A stretch of 62,879 nt of DNA, the filler included, from Stramenopiles sp. TOSAG23-3 (taxonomy: Eukaryota): the NCBI GenBank assembly GCA_900128585.1. It is 5 parts of 5 records of this genome, joined end to end, with 100 filler letters (N's around TTAATTAATTAA, not from the genome) between each part and the next. Parts side by side here need not be neighbours in the genome. Positions count along the whole stretch, not along the records: positions 1 to 28,174 come from LT642251.1; 4 more parts are not named here. The stretch is one strand, 5' to 3'. This document shows positions 10,027-19,973 of the stretch, piece after piece (position 1 is the first letter of the stretch; every line of letters begins with the position of its first letter). The position numbers and the translations under genes are program-made. Below the pieces are notes generated by a model. That model did not search any database, was not told where the DNA came from, and saw only the letters and a list, made by a program, of their open reading frames with translations.

Positions 10027-11847
10027 CTATGCTTCAGAAGAAATGTCGTTGATGAGAGGGCCGCGCATTTCCGCGTACCGACTTCGGGAGGAGCACCAGC
10101 CCTTCACGTTGTCTATCCCAGTCGCTAAATCCGAACGAATGACAAAGCAGATAAATCCAACGTAAACGATTCCCACAAGGACGCAGAACGCGATAAACAG
10201 GGGCGTTTGGGGCGTGGGGGAGTCCGGTGCCGCGACGAACGTGGTGACCAAGTAGAAATTAATAATAATCACCAGGGCAGCAAGGAACCATCCAATACTC
10301 TTCAAGAACCTGTTGTTTGCGAATTTGCCCATAATTTTGGGGTCGCTCGTAAAGTGCAATACAGGGAGCAATGCAAAGGGAAGCTGAATACTTTGCAAAA
10401 CGTTCAACCACTCGTTCAAAATGTCCGTGGCAGTCGGGCTGGCGCTGCTGGCTATCCCGACCGCTATCGCCGGCCCCAAAGCTATGAACCGAGTTATCAT
10501 GACACGCACCCATGGCGATACTTTCCACTGGAGGAAGCCTTCCATGACAAACTGGCCCGCGAACGTCCCGGTCATGGTGCTGCTCTGCCCGGCAGCAAGC
10601 AGGCCAATTGCCCAGATAACCTTGGCGCTGTTGCCAAGAAGGTTGCTCAGGGCCGTGCCTGCATTTTGCAAACCAATTGAACAGCACGTTCCGGGCTGGT
10701 TCAAATGAGTCGTGCACGTCAGCGGTTTGCCAGTGTGAATGTTGATGTGGCAGGCATCGTCCCCCGGGGCGCTGGTGCCTGCGTCGGTTGGGTAGCACGC
10801 AAGGTTCACGTTGCTCTGGTTGATCCCGCCAGACACACCCGTGACCGAGTCCCAGCCTGGTGTTGCGCACTCCTTCCCGTTGAAAAACCCCTTCGCGAAC
10901 ACAGCCACGACGGCCGCGTTGATCAGAAACGACACGAACAGCGCGATCCCACTCTCGATCGTAAAGTACTTGTTGGCCAGCTCGATTTGACGCTCGCTTT
11001 TCCTGTCGATTTGCCGGCTCGTGACCAGGGCGCTGTGAAGGTAAATGTTGTGCGGCATGATGACGGCGCCTAGGATTCCCACGGCCTGCACCAGTGCGTA
11101 GTCGTTGACGGTCGGGACCGCGGTTCCGAACAGGATCCCGCCGCCGTCCACGACTTCCAACCCGCCGAGCCAGTCGGGGCCCACGGCGGCAAAGTTCAGG
11201 AAGAAGCAGACCAGCATGATAAAGATCAGGCTGGCGAAGAAGGCCTCCAACGCCCTGGTCCCTAGAACGTGCAAAAGCAAGAAGGTGAACGTATCCAGGC
11301 CCGTGACGATGCATCCAACCCAAATTTTCCACCCAAACAAGAGCTTCATGGCAATCGCGCTCCCCACAACCTCTTGGATATCGCTCCCAATAATGGCCAT
11401 CTCTGTCATGACCCACAAGACGAGGGAGGTTGGCCTCGAATACTCCTCCCGGCAGACTTCTGCCAAATGTTTCCCCGTCACAACGCCGAGGCGAAGCGCG
11501 AGAACTTGGAGCAAAAACCCGGAGACGGTTGCCCAGAACAGCATCCAAAGTAGCTGGTTGCCAGCATACGCCCCCGACTGCAAGTCCGCCTCCAAGTTTC
11601 CTGGGTCCAGGTACGCAATCGACATTAGCCACCCAGGGCCCGTGTACGCCCACAAGAGCTTGAAATCGAAGCATTTCGTCCCCGGCGCCTCTTCCATCGG
11701 GACTTCCACCGGGTTTATCGATGCCTCCTTTATTTCACCCTTGCCCACCAGCGCAGTACTCTCCTGCATTTCGAACGAGGTGCTTCGAGCGGGCTCGAGC
11801 GGCTGCTGTTCGGCAGAGTCTTTGACTGGAGAATAACTGTTGTCCAT
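10027..11847 (-). CDS. NRAMP: NRAMP (SLC11) divalent metal (Mn/Fe) transporter
   Basis: AYLDPGN, GAVIMPHNIYLHS, GQSSTMTGTFAGQFVMEGF signatures; likely ATG at 11847. Confidence 0.96.
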   Translation of the reverse strand: MDNSYSPVKDSAEQQPLEPARSTSFEMQESTALVGKGEIKEASINPVEVPMEEAPGTKCFDFKLLWAYTGPGWLMSIAYLDPGNLEADLQSGAYAGNQLLWMLFWATVSGFLLQVLALRLGVVTGKHLAEVCREEYSRPTSLVLWVMTEMAIIGSDIQEVVGSAIAMKLLFGWKIWVGCIVTGLDTFTFLLLHVLGTRALEAFFASLIFIMLVCFFLNFAAVGPDWLGGLEVVDGGGILFGTAVPTVNDYALVQAVGILGAVIMPHNIYLHSALVTSRQIDRKSERQIELANKYFTIESGIALFVSFLINAAVVAVFAKGFFNGKECATPGWDSVTGVSGGINQSNVNLACYPTDAGTSAPGDDACHINIHTGKPLTCTTHLNQPGTCCSIGLQNAGTALSNLLGNSAKVIWAIGLLAAGQSSTMTGTFAGQFVMEGFLQWKVSPWVRVMITRFIALGPAIAVGIASSASPTATDILNEWLNVLQSIQLPFALLPVLHFTSDPKIMGKFANNRFLKSIGWFLAALVIIINFYLVTTFVAAPDSPTPQTPLFIAFCVLVGIVYVGFICFVIRSDLATGIDNVKGWCSSRSRYAEMRGPLINDISSEA

Positions 11848-12324
11848 GTATATGCACGGAGGGAGAGAGGGGGGGGGAGAGGAGAGACTATGTAGATGAA
11901 AAGAAAGCAAGAAAACTACCGGGCAAACGCGTTCACTTTCTTCTATTCTGTAATATTTTTCCTTCCTTTCCTTTCAACCATGAAGAAGAACAAAACAGGA
12001 AAGAAGAAGAAGAAGAAAAAAAAAGAGAGAGAAAGAAGGAAAAAGAAAAAAAAATGTGGCTGTTGTTGTTGTGTGTTGTTTGTGTGTTAATTTTTGCTCT
12101 ATGTGTTGTGGTGAGTGTGATGTACAATGTGATAATAGGGTATAATTTAGTATAAATAAAAAAATCTACCCCTTTTATTTGTATAGCAGTATAGCAGTAT
12201 ACTTGTATTCTTTTTTTATATCATCATATAAAAGAAGAAGAAAGAAGAGTCAACCTGAAAATCATATATACATATACACAGTGAAGAAAACCAGATGGAG
12301 AGAGGAGGTTTCAATTTATTTATA

Positions 12325-12430
12325 TTTTCCTTCTTCTTTCTTCTTTCTTCTTTCTTCTTTCTTCTTTCTTCTTTCTTCTTCTTTCTTTTTCTTTCTTCTT
12401 CTTTCTTCTTTCTTCTTGTTTTTGTTCTTC
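12325..12430. repeat. (TTC)/(TTTC) polypyrimidine microsatellite
   Basis: Directly visible. Confidence 0.9.
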
Positions 12431-12930
12431 GAAGGATCGATTTGCCCAATAAAAAATATTATTATTATAAAAAATAAAATTCTATTATAATATTGGTAGT
12501 AATACAGTATCTATTATTTTTTATGGGACAGACAGAAAGACAGACACAGACACAGCATGTTTTACCTTGTTGGTAAAAAATAAAAAAAAAAGAACAAATT
12601 CTTCTTCTTCTTTTTTCTTCATCATCAACAACCCCCGCCGCCCCCTATACTCCTCGTACCTTGGTACGCCAAAGTTTTTTTTTCATTTATTATTATTATA
12701 CCGGTATTTTGATTACGTATTTTTTATATTATTAATCTTTCTCTTGTCGTCGTAGAAGTTGTAAATGATATTAACTAAAAGACATTCCGATTGTAATCAC
12801 ACACTTCTTTACCAGTATTGGCAACGTTCTTAGTTTCTAGCCATAGTTTCTGACAGTGGTGTTTGGCCATAGAAGAAGCCGCTCTGCCTTAGCGGGTAGT
12901 CGTCATCGTAGTAGTAGTAGTAAAAATAGA

Positions 12931-14024
12931 ATGAGTGCCAACCCTGGTGTTGGTGGCAGTGTGGAGGAGGGTACTCGTTCGCCCCCCCCCCCGCATCGAA
13001 GCTGGCTAGTGCTCGTAATTCTTTTTTTACCTGGCTCTCAAATTACTTGAATGAATTTTCGTGTGGGATCTGTCACAAAAATCGTCCAGATGTGAAAAGG
13101 GAAGTCTCTAAAATCAGGGACGAAGCCTACCAAAACAGGGTAGTGATTTACACACAAGCGGGCTGCCCCTACTGCAAGAAAGGCGTTGCGTTTGTAAAGA
13201 AATGCGCAGGCGATGACACGACCATGGTCATCCGCGATGGCACTGTCATGAAAACGAGGCTAGCCCTGCAGGAAGCGACGAACCAGCCATCAGTTACGTT
13301 CCCTATCATTGTCATCGGCGGGGTGTACCACGGCGGCGCGGACGACGTCCTTGCCCTTGGAGAAGCAGAGGTTCGTAGCGTAATAGCGTCTGCAGCGGAC
13401 GGGGACGAGAGCAAGACGGTGACCCCACTCCTTCAATCGTCCCCAATGGCTTGGGCGGGGCACGTCCAGAAGAAACGGCGCCTTGACTTGCTTCGGCCGC
13501 CTACGGGCCCTAGGGGGGTGCTGTTCGGGTGGAAACAGGGCTTTCACATAAAAGTATGGGCAAACGTAATTCGGCTGCTCTCGTTTTTTCATGTCTTGCT
13601 TTTGGCGAGTTGCCTCGTGCTTCGGGCCTACCACATGCCAGGAGTGGCGACAGCCATCCTTTGGTTCCTTTTGGTGGACATTTCTTTCTTTGTTCTACAC
13701 GGCGCCCACCCGATCGCACCCCTGGCCACACTAACGACCGCTATCCTGTGGAAGCGCAAGGGCCCCGCCGTGGAAATTTTCCCGTACAAGGTTGTGTTCT
13801 TCGTGTATATCCTAGGCCTGGTGCGAGAACTAATGGTGGTCGACGGAACAAAGGAGTCCCAAAACGTGATTGTGCTTTCCATGCTGACAAACAGCTCTTT
13901 CCTTGCCGTTCTGCGCTTCTGACCGGGGGCGATAACTGCCCGCACTGCTCAAGCGTGCTTGTGGTTTTTCCACCACACCTGTATAAAAAGGAGGCCTCAG
14001 GAAAGCCTCGAATCCAAGGCGTAA
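12931..14024 (+). CDS. Predicted selenoprotein: glutaredoxin (CPYC) fused to a multi-pass membrane domain (MSP/DUF4395-like), Sec at TGA 13920-13922; frameshift in poly-C 12982-12992
   Basis: Grx motifs YTQAGCPYC, VTFPIIVIGG, HGGADD; several hydrophobic helices; frame stays open 33 codons past the TGA to TAA 14022-14024; SECIS downstream; ATG 12931 joins the frame if the 11-C run is 12 or 9 long. Confidence 0.8.
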
Positions 14025-14075
14025 GCACTGAACAGGGTAAATTATCACACTACACGTACGAGTGTAAATGTGGTC

Positions 14076-14140
14076 AGTCATTCGGAAAATGACGTTCTGA
14101 GAGGAAACCTAAGCGCTTCTCATCGAACCGAACGATGGCT
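14076..14140 (+). promoter_or_regulatory. Eukaryotic SECIS element in the 3' UTR
   Basis: Helix I AGTCATTCG/CGATGGCT; core ATGAC (14089) opposite CGAA (14129); helix II GTTC-TGAGAGG/CTTCTCA-tc-GAAC (11 bp); apical loop starting AAA (14105). Folded by hand. Confidence 0.82.
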
Positions 14141-14249
14141 ACTGCATTCTACCCTTGCTTGTAAAGAGATAATAGACGTGTGCGTAAGATAACATTAACG
14201 ATACCTACGTACTTCGTAATCTTTACGATAAGAATTTAAAGAAATTTTA

Positions 14250-14390
14250 ATTAAGTACATTACTTAAAATAGGTCAACAGCCAATTGTTTGTTTTTAAGA
14301 ATTAAAGAAATAACATATCATATATGTTATGATAAAACAAGAAAATTGGCTGTTATTTAAGTAACTAAGATCAATGTACTTCTTAGCGAC
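14250..14390. repeat. Two inverted copies of the dispersed intergenic repeat (core CAAGAAAATTGGCTGTTATTTAAGTAA)
   Basis: Forward copy at ~14338 and reverse-complement copy (aacagccaattgtttgtttttaagaatt) at ~14276; both match 29936-30280 and 47527. Confidence 0.75.
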
Positions 14391-14406
14391 TGCGCTACGC
14401 GCTCGT

Positions 14407-16605
14407 TCACTCCCCCCATGGGTTGGGGAACTCTTCCACAACCCTGCTAGTCTTCGGCACCATTGCCAACGCTTTGTGCAGGGCTTGGACTTCTTGAAGC
14501 AGTTTGAAGCCTGACAGATTGCTCATCGCAACGGCGATGGACTGCCGAGTCCCGGCAGAGAGCACGTCCGGGATTTTCCTTGAGGTGTAAACCGACGTCC
14601 CCAACGCTTGCAGAGCGTTACGCAGCGTCGACACGTTCACGCCGCTCCCGTCCTTGCCTTGGTCGTTCACTTCCAGCCCAATGAGCAGGGTGGAGAACAG
14701 TATAAGTTTTGAGAGAACGGCCGCCCTGCCGTCCTTCTCTGCGGACGCCTCTTTCGAGGCTTCGGTGGGGAAAGCGTACTCGACCATGGCAACGTTCAGC
14801 ATCAATTTTCCCACCGCCTCCCGCAGCTTCCGGTCGACCCGGCACGAAGGGAAGTTGGACGTGCAAAGGTTCAGAAGGAACAAATTGTTTTGCGCGCAGA
14901 GCGCCCACGCATTGCGGTACTTGAACAAATTCACTGCACAGCGCAGTGACAGCGTGCAGTTGCGGTCCGCTACCTTGTCTAACGCCGCGGAGGCAGAGCT
15001 GCCGGTTTCGGGCGCGGCTGCCTTGGCGGTAGCGTGCTCAAAGACGAGCTGGAGCAGCTTACCCCCCCGCCCAAAGGAGGGGCTTCCCAACAGCAACCGT
15101 TCGGCCGTGGGGTGCAAAAATACAATGCGCACCAGGTCAAGGGCCGGGTAGCACATGTGGGAGGGCCATTGCAAGAGCCTTTCAAGAACCGTCACGTGCT
15201 TGCGTGTCACCGAGTTAGAGTGCCACCGGTTCGACGCCTTCAAAATCCCTACTAAATCGTGCACGCTTTCCGTCTCCAACGGGAGCAGGGCGTGCGCCAG
15301 CCCGCCGTCCGATTTCAGCAGCAAGTTGTTCATCTCGAGGATCTTCGCCTCTATTTGCTTCAAGTTTTTCGTTGAAATAAACAGGGACGGGGTGGTTCCA
15401 ATGCAGGGCAGGACGCTTTCGTCGATGCCCAGGGTGCTCAGCCCGCGCCGGTTGCTCGTCGATTTGCCTGCTTTCCCGGTCTGCCTCCCACCGCTCCCCG
15501 CGCCCCCGTTGGCACGTGCCACGTGTTTGAGGATCGCGTTGCGCAGGGCATCGACGTTCGCCCCTAGAATGCTTTCGACGACACGGCCGCCTTTGATAAT
15601 GTGGAACGTCGGCAACGAGCGAATGCTGCTCACGCGGGCGATGTCCTTCGCCTCGTCGGTATTTACATTGCAAAAGTACGCCCGGCCTGCAAACGAAGAG
15701 GCCATCTGGGCGAAGATGGGCTTCATTCGGTTGCACGGGCCACACCAGTCTGCGTAGAAATCGATGACCACGGGCACCTTCCCATTCGCCGCTGTTTCCA
15801 GAAGCTGGTGGTACTCGTCCATTGTTCGGAGTGGGTGGACCCCCGTTGGGATGTTGCTAGTTGGAGAATTGCTCGTTGCAGGAGTTGACGACTTCGTCGG
15901 AGTGGCCGGGTCTCGTTTCCTGGAATCAGAGTTCACGGTCCCCCTCCACCGCTGTGCCGGACTTTCCTGCGCGGTCGAATCCGTCGGACGCGTTCGGAGA
16001 CTCCCAAAGGCGACGGGGGTTTTTGGATCCGGCCACAGCGGTATGCTGCCGCCAAGCGCCTCAACTTTCTTCGCCGGGGTGTTATGGGCCTCTGGGACGA
16101 CGTCTTCCGGTGTCTCCGACCCACCATTCACCACCGCGGCGTCGGGGGCGCTGCCCTCTTGCGGCGCAGGGGCACCCGTGCCCTTGAAAACGTCGTACGC
16201 TTCCTTACTGGCGTCAAAAACTGCCGTGTACGTTTCCATTTGGCACTTGTCCCCGCAGCAAAGGACGCAGGACGCCAGGAAGGCCCCCTCTTGTCCCTCC
16301 ACCGCCTTGACCTTTCGAAGGTTGGTCAAGTGCCATTTTTCCGAGTTGTTCCCGTTCAAAATTCTATGGTGCTTTACCACCGCGCAGAGCATCGCACGGT
16401 GTTCAGTGTCGACTTCGCATTCAATGAGCTCGTCCAACGCTTCGCCGTCCGCACTGCTCGTTGCAGCCGACGCCTGCGTTTCGACCAAACGGGACGTTGG
16501 TTCTTCAGCCTTTTTGTTCGAACCGTTCAGCAGTGAATTATACACAAAGTAAACGGAAACAAACAGAGCAATCACACTCCACGCAACTTGTGCATACCAC
16601 TCCAT
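14407..16605 (-). CDS. N-terminally membrane-anchored thioredoxin + PUL-like domain protein
   Basis: N-terminal hydrophobic helix; VIDFYADWCGPC thioredoxin site; C-terminal helical region with LLQWPSHMCYPALDLVRI resembling the PUL domain of Doa1/PLAA. Confidence 0.82.
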   Translation of the reverse strand: MEWYAQVAWSVIALFVSVYFVYNSLLNGSNKKAEEPTSRLVETQASAATSSADGEALDELIECEVDTEHRAMLCAVVKHHRILNGNNSEKWHLTNLRKVKAVEGQEGAFLASCVLCCGDKCQMETYTAVFDASKEAYDVFKGTGAPAPQEGSAPDAAVVNGGSETPEDVVPEAHNTPAKKVEALGGSIPLWPDPKTPVAFGSLRTRPTDSTAQESPAQRWRGTVNSDSRKRDPATPTKSSTPATSNSPTSNIPTGVHPLRTMDEYHQLLETAANGKVPVVIDFYADWCGPCNRMKPIFAQMASSFAGRAYFCNVNTDEAKDIARVSSIRSLPTFHIIKGGRVVESILGANVDALRNAILKHVARANGGAGSGGRQTGKAGKSTSNRRGLSTLGIDESVLPCIGTTPSLFISTKNLKQIEAKILEMNNLLLKSDGGLAHALLPLETESVHDLVGILKASNRWHSNSVTRKHVTVLERLLQWPSHMCYPALDLVRIVFLHPTAERLLLGSPSFGRGGKLLQLVFEHATAKAAAPETGSSASAALDKVADRNCTLSLRCAVNLFKYRNAWALCAQNNLFLLNLCTSNFPSCRVDRKLREAVGKLMLNVAMVEYAFPTEASKEASAEKDGRAAVLSKLILFSTLLIGLEVNDQGKDGSGVNVSTLRNALQALGTSVYTSRKIPDVLSAGTRQSIAVAMSNLSGFKLLQEVQALHKALAMVPKTSRVVEEFPNPWGE

Positions 16606-17124
16606 CCCGTTTCTTACCGTCGGTTGGTGGTTGGGTTGGGCTGGCCCGTCCGTCAGTCTACTTTAAAAAATCTCTTTCCGGTATATATTTAAGAACAAAG
16701 CAATAAGCAAATCACTAATATACAATTAAATGATGTGCACATATACAACACCAAAACATAATGGCGTGACCTCACCCAATCACTTCGCCTGATCACTCTC
16801 TCTATCAAACCTTCAATATATATATTATAATAATAATATTTTTAGTAAGTAATAGACGAAAAAAAGTAGTTATACGCTTTGGTATTAATATAATACAGGT
16901 ATAAAAATGAGTAGAGAGTCGAGAGTCACCAAATAAAAAAACGAAGAAGAAACAAAAAAAATAATAATAATATAATTATTCAAATATTCAAAAAAAGAGG
17001 ATTCAAAGTTATTGTATTAAATACCTTATTATAATAATAATACTTAAATATATAAATATTATGATGAGTTTTGAGTTTTTTTTTATAAAATATAAAATAT
17101 TAACTTTTTTTTTGTGAGAAAGAA

Positions 17125-17295
17125 ATAGAAAGAAGAAGAAGAAAGAAGAAGAAAGAAGAAGAAGAGAAGAAAGAAGAAGAAGAGAAGAAAGAAGAAGAAG
17201 AAAGAAAAAGAAGAAAGAAGAAGAAGAAAGAAGAAGAAGAGAAGAAGAAAGAAGAGAAGAAGTGGAAGAAGTGGAAGAAGTGGACGCGGAAGGAA
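17125..17295. repeat. (GAA)n-type polypurine microsatellite
   Basis: Directly visible. Confidence 0.95.
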
Positions 17296-17523
17296 GATTT
17301 TTTTATAAAAAAAAATAAAATTAAAAAAAAAATATTTTTTTAAAAATAATAATAAAAAAATACAACAAATTCTATATTTTCTATATATGAATATGCATTT
17401 TTTAAAAGGAATCTTTTCTTCTTTGTTTTACATTTTTTGTCTTCGTCTTGATGTTTGTTTACACGTTGGGTTAATATATGAAATAGTTTTTTGTTTTGTT
17501 TTTGTGTTACCACCACACCAACT

Positions 17524-18810
17524 ATGTCGGAACGAGCGTCCCCTGCATCGTCTACGCAGAGAAAGGCGTTGGAGGCGTTCTTACAGAATGAAGAGTCCAA
17601 GCAAGACCCAGACGATATTTTTGATTTGGAAGAAAAACTTGGGGAGGGATCGTACGGAAACGTATTCAAAGGTTCTCACAAGAAATCAAAGGCCCCAGTG
17701 GCCGTCAAAATCATCGCGGTCCAGCAAGGGGGGTGGGAGGAGTTGAAGAAGGAGATTCAAATATTGAGGGACTGCAGGAGCGACTACATTGTTCAGTATT
17801 ACGGGAGCTACATGGCAAACACGGACGACATGTGGATAGTAATGGAGTACTGCACCGCGGGGTCGATCGCGGACCTGATGGAGAGCACCTGCCGGACCCT
17901 TTCCGAGGAACAAATTCAGCACATCACTGCGTCCGTCCTGCTGGGCCTGGAATACCTGCACGGAAAGAAGCTGATCCACCGCGACATCAAAGCGGGGAAC
18001 ATTTTGCTGACGGGGGCGGGCCAGGCGAAGCTCGCGGACTTTGGTGTGTCTGCCCAAATGAACAGCACGATATCGAAGCGCCAGACTGTCATTGGCACCC
18101 CGTTTTGGATGGCGCCAGAAGTAATCCAAGAAGTCAAGTACGACGGCAAGGCCGACATATGGTCCTTGGGGATCACGATGATCGAGATGGCAGAGGGGAA
18201 CCCGCCGTTGTCGGACATCCACCCGATGCGCGCAATCTTCATGATTCCAGCCAACTCATCCCCAACCCTGTCCAACAAGGACGAATGGCACGTCCTGACG
18301 AACGATTTCATTTCCCAGTGCTTGCGAAAGGACCTGAACCAGCGCCCAGCCCCAAAAATTCTGCAAGGCCACCCGTTCGTGAACCAAGTAGTCGCCCAGT
18401 TGAAGCGAAGCGAAGGCCGCTCCCCCGTCCTCGAGGAGCTCGTAACGCTTTCGCTCGATGCGATCAATAGGAATCGGCAAAGCGGCACCGTGTCAATGAA
18501 GCGCGGTGGTGCCACCATGGTAGACGATGAGGAAATATTGATGGAAGACGAGGAGAACGGGTTGGGGGCTGGGGTGAACTCTGGGACAATGATAGAGTAC
18601 AATTCTGGGACCATGGTCGAACTCAACGACACGGGCACCATGGTCCAGACGTTTGCGAGCCAGGAGCAAAGCGAGGCACGGGCGAAAGTAAAGGAATTGA
18701 AGGCGGAGCTCAAGGACGAGGAGAGGGATTTTCTTACCATCAAGGAAGCGTACGAGGAACGTGTGGAGGAGCTGAACGGTCAAATTGCAGCGTTGGAGAA
18801 GACCTTGTAG
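17524..18810 (+). CDS. STE20-family Ser/Thr kinase, MST/Hippo/Krs-like, with a C-terminal coiled coil
   Basis: GEGSYG, VAVK, HRDIKAGN, DFG, STE20 signature GTPFWMAPE, HPMRAIFMIP; ATG at 17524. Confidence 0.93.
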   Translation: MSERASPASSTQRKALEAFLQNEESKQDPDDIFDLEEKLGEGSYGNVFKGSHKKSKAPVAVKIIAVQQGGWEELKKEIQILRDCRSDYIVQYYGSYMANTDDMWIVMEYCTAGSIADLMESTCRTLSEEQIQHITASVLLGLEYLHGKKLIHRDIKAGNILLTGAGQAKLADFGVSAQMNSTISKRQTVIGTPFWMAPEVIQEVKYDGKADIWSLGITMIEMAEGNPPLSDIHPMRAIFMIPANSSPTLSNKDEWHVLTNDFISQCLRKDLNQRPAPKILQGHPFVNQVVAQLKRSEGRSPVLEELVTLSLDAINRNRQSGTVSMKRGGATMVDDEEILMEDEENGLGAGVNSGTMIEYNSGTMVELNDTGTMVQTFASQEQSEARAKVKELKAELKDEERDFLTIKEAYEERVEELNGQIAALEKTL

Positions 18811-19097
18811 GTTCTGTGCATAGAGTCACCCCCGCGCATACGTTGCTTGAATTGTAAATTAAAGAATGCGCGTACAAACGATATCGCAATTCTTACGTAT
18901 GGTTAAATAAAGAGACGAATTACTTCACACCAATATAAGGCTTAATCACACAATTTCTTCCCGAGTCGTGCGAACAAACACACCCAACCCTAATTATGAT
19001 AGATATCATGTGCCAGAACGTCTTATCTTCAGGAACGAACAAACGCCACCTCGAAAACGTGAGCCCAAGGCCTTGTCCCGACTACTACCCTGCAAAA

Positions 19098-19973
19098 CTA
19101 TTGACCTTTCGCCTTCTGCTTCCTCGCCAATTTGGCGCTCTTTCCCATCGTTTGGAATACGTAGTCCCATAACCAGAACATTTCCCCAAAGTTTTTTGCA
19201 TTTTTGCCAAAATTGGTGAATCGATGGTGAGCGTCATGGTGACTATTTTTACTACGGAGTGGCAGAAACTTCAAAGTCAACAAATCAAACCACCAGGCGT
19301 CGATCCCTGAATGGTTGAATACGTTGTTTGCCAAGTGAAAGCTGACGTAGACATAGTAAGACATGGGGTGGGGGCGGACAATCAGCGCGCAAACAATTAT
19401 TGGTATGCCGGCTTGAATCAGTGCGTCATTGCTATCAATGTAAATTGTCCCGACCGGGCTTGGCGTACTCAGGCGGTGATGGACGCTGTGGAAGTTTTCC
19501 CACAAATACGGGATTTCATGCTGGATGCGATGCCCCCAGTACAGGAAGAAGTCCGCTACAAGTGCCAAGAGGACAACATCAATGCTGAGCTGCTTCCACT
19601 CGGGAAACATCTCGGCATGCTTTGGGATTACCATTGGAAACACCAGCCCATTGAAGATACATCCCACTAAGTTCAATGGGCCTGCCACCTGCCAAAGCCC
19701 ACTGGTGAACTGCTCTTTGACCGACATGCCTTTGGTGTTATAAATGTTCTGAATCTGATCGAGTCTGTTTTCCTTAGAACGGTACACTAACAAATAATGA
19801 TGGCACCAGTCCTGTCGAATTACCCATTCCAAAATTGCAACCGTGACCAGGTAAGTAACAAGTATGATCATAGACGGCCCAATACCCCAGAGAAGAAAGG
19901 GATTCTCCATCCACTGTTCAAGGGTTTGCTCCCACTGAACTCCAGTAGAGTTCCCACTTGCTTGCGTCATCAA
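19098..19973 (-). CDS. Fatty acid hydroxylase/sterol desaturase superfamily protein
   Basis: His boxes HRIQH, HSVHH, HHDAHH, NFG..FWLWD; TM segments. Confidence 0.9.
   Translation of the reverse strand: MMTQASGNSTGVQWEQTLEQWMENPFLLWGIGPSMIILVTYLVTVAILEWVIRQDWCHHYLLVYRSKENRLDQIQNIYNTKGMSVKEQFTSGLWQVAGPLNLVGCIFNGLVFPMVIPKHAEMFPEWKQLSIDVVLLALVADFFLYWGHRIQHEIPYLWENFHSVHHRLSTPSPVGTIYIDSNDALIQAGIPIIVCALIVRPHPMSYYVYVSFHLANNVFNHSGIDAWWFDLLTLKFLPLRSKNSHHDAHHRFTNFGKNAKNFGEMFWLWDYVFQTMGKSAKLARKQKAKGQ

Noticed and set aside
10259-11674. 471-aa alternative-frame ORF overlapping NRAMP, and similar shadow ORFs over other genes
   Set aside because: Arg/Gly/Pro-rich with no motifs; expected from high GC3 in the true frame
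13925-13943. Small GGGCG/TGCCC hairpin just after the Sec UGA as a stop-redefinition element
   Set aside because: Only ~5 bp; too weak to distinguish from chance
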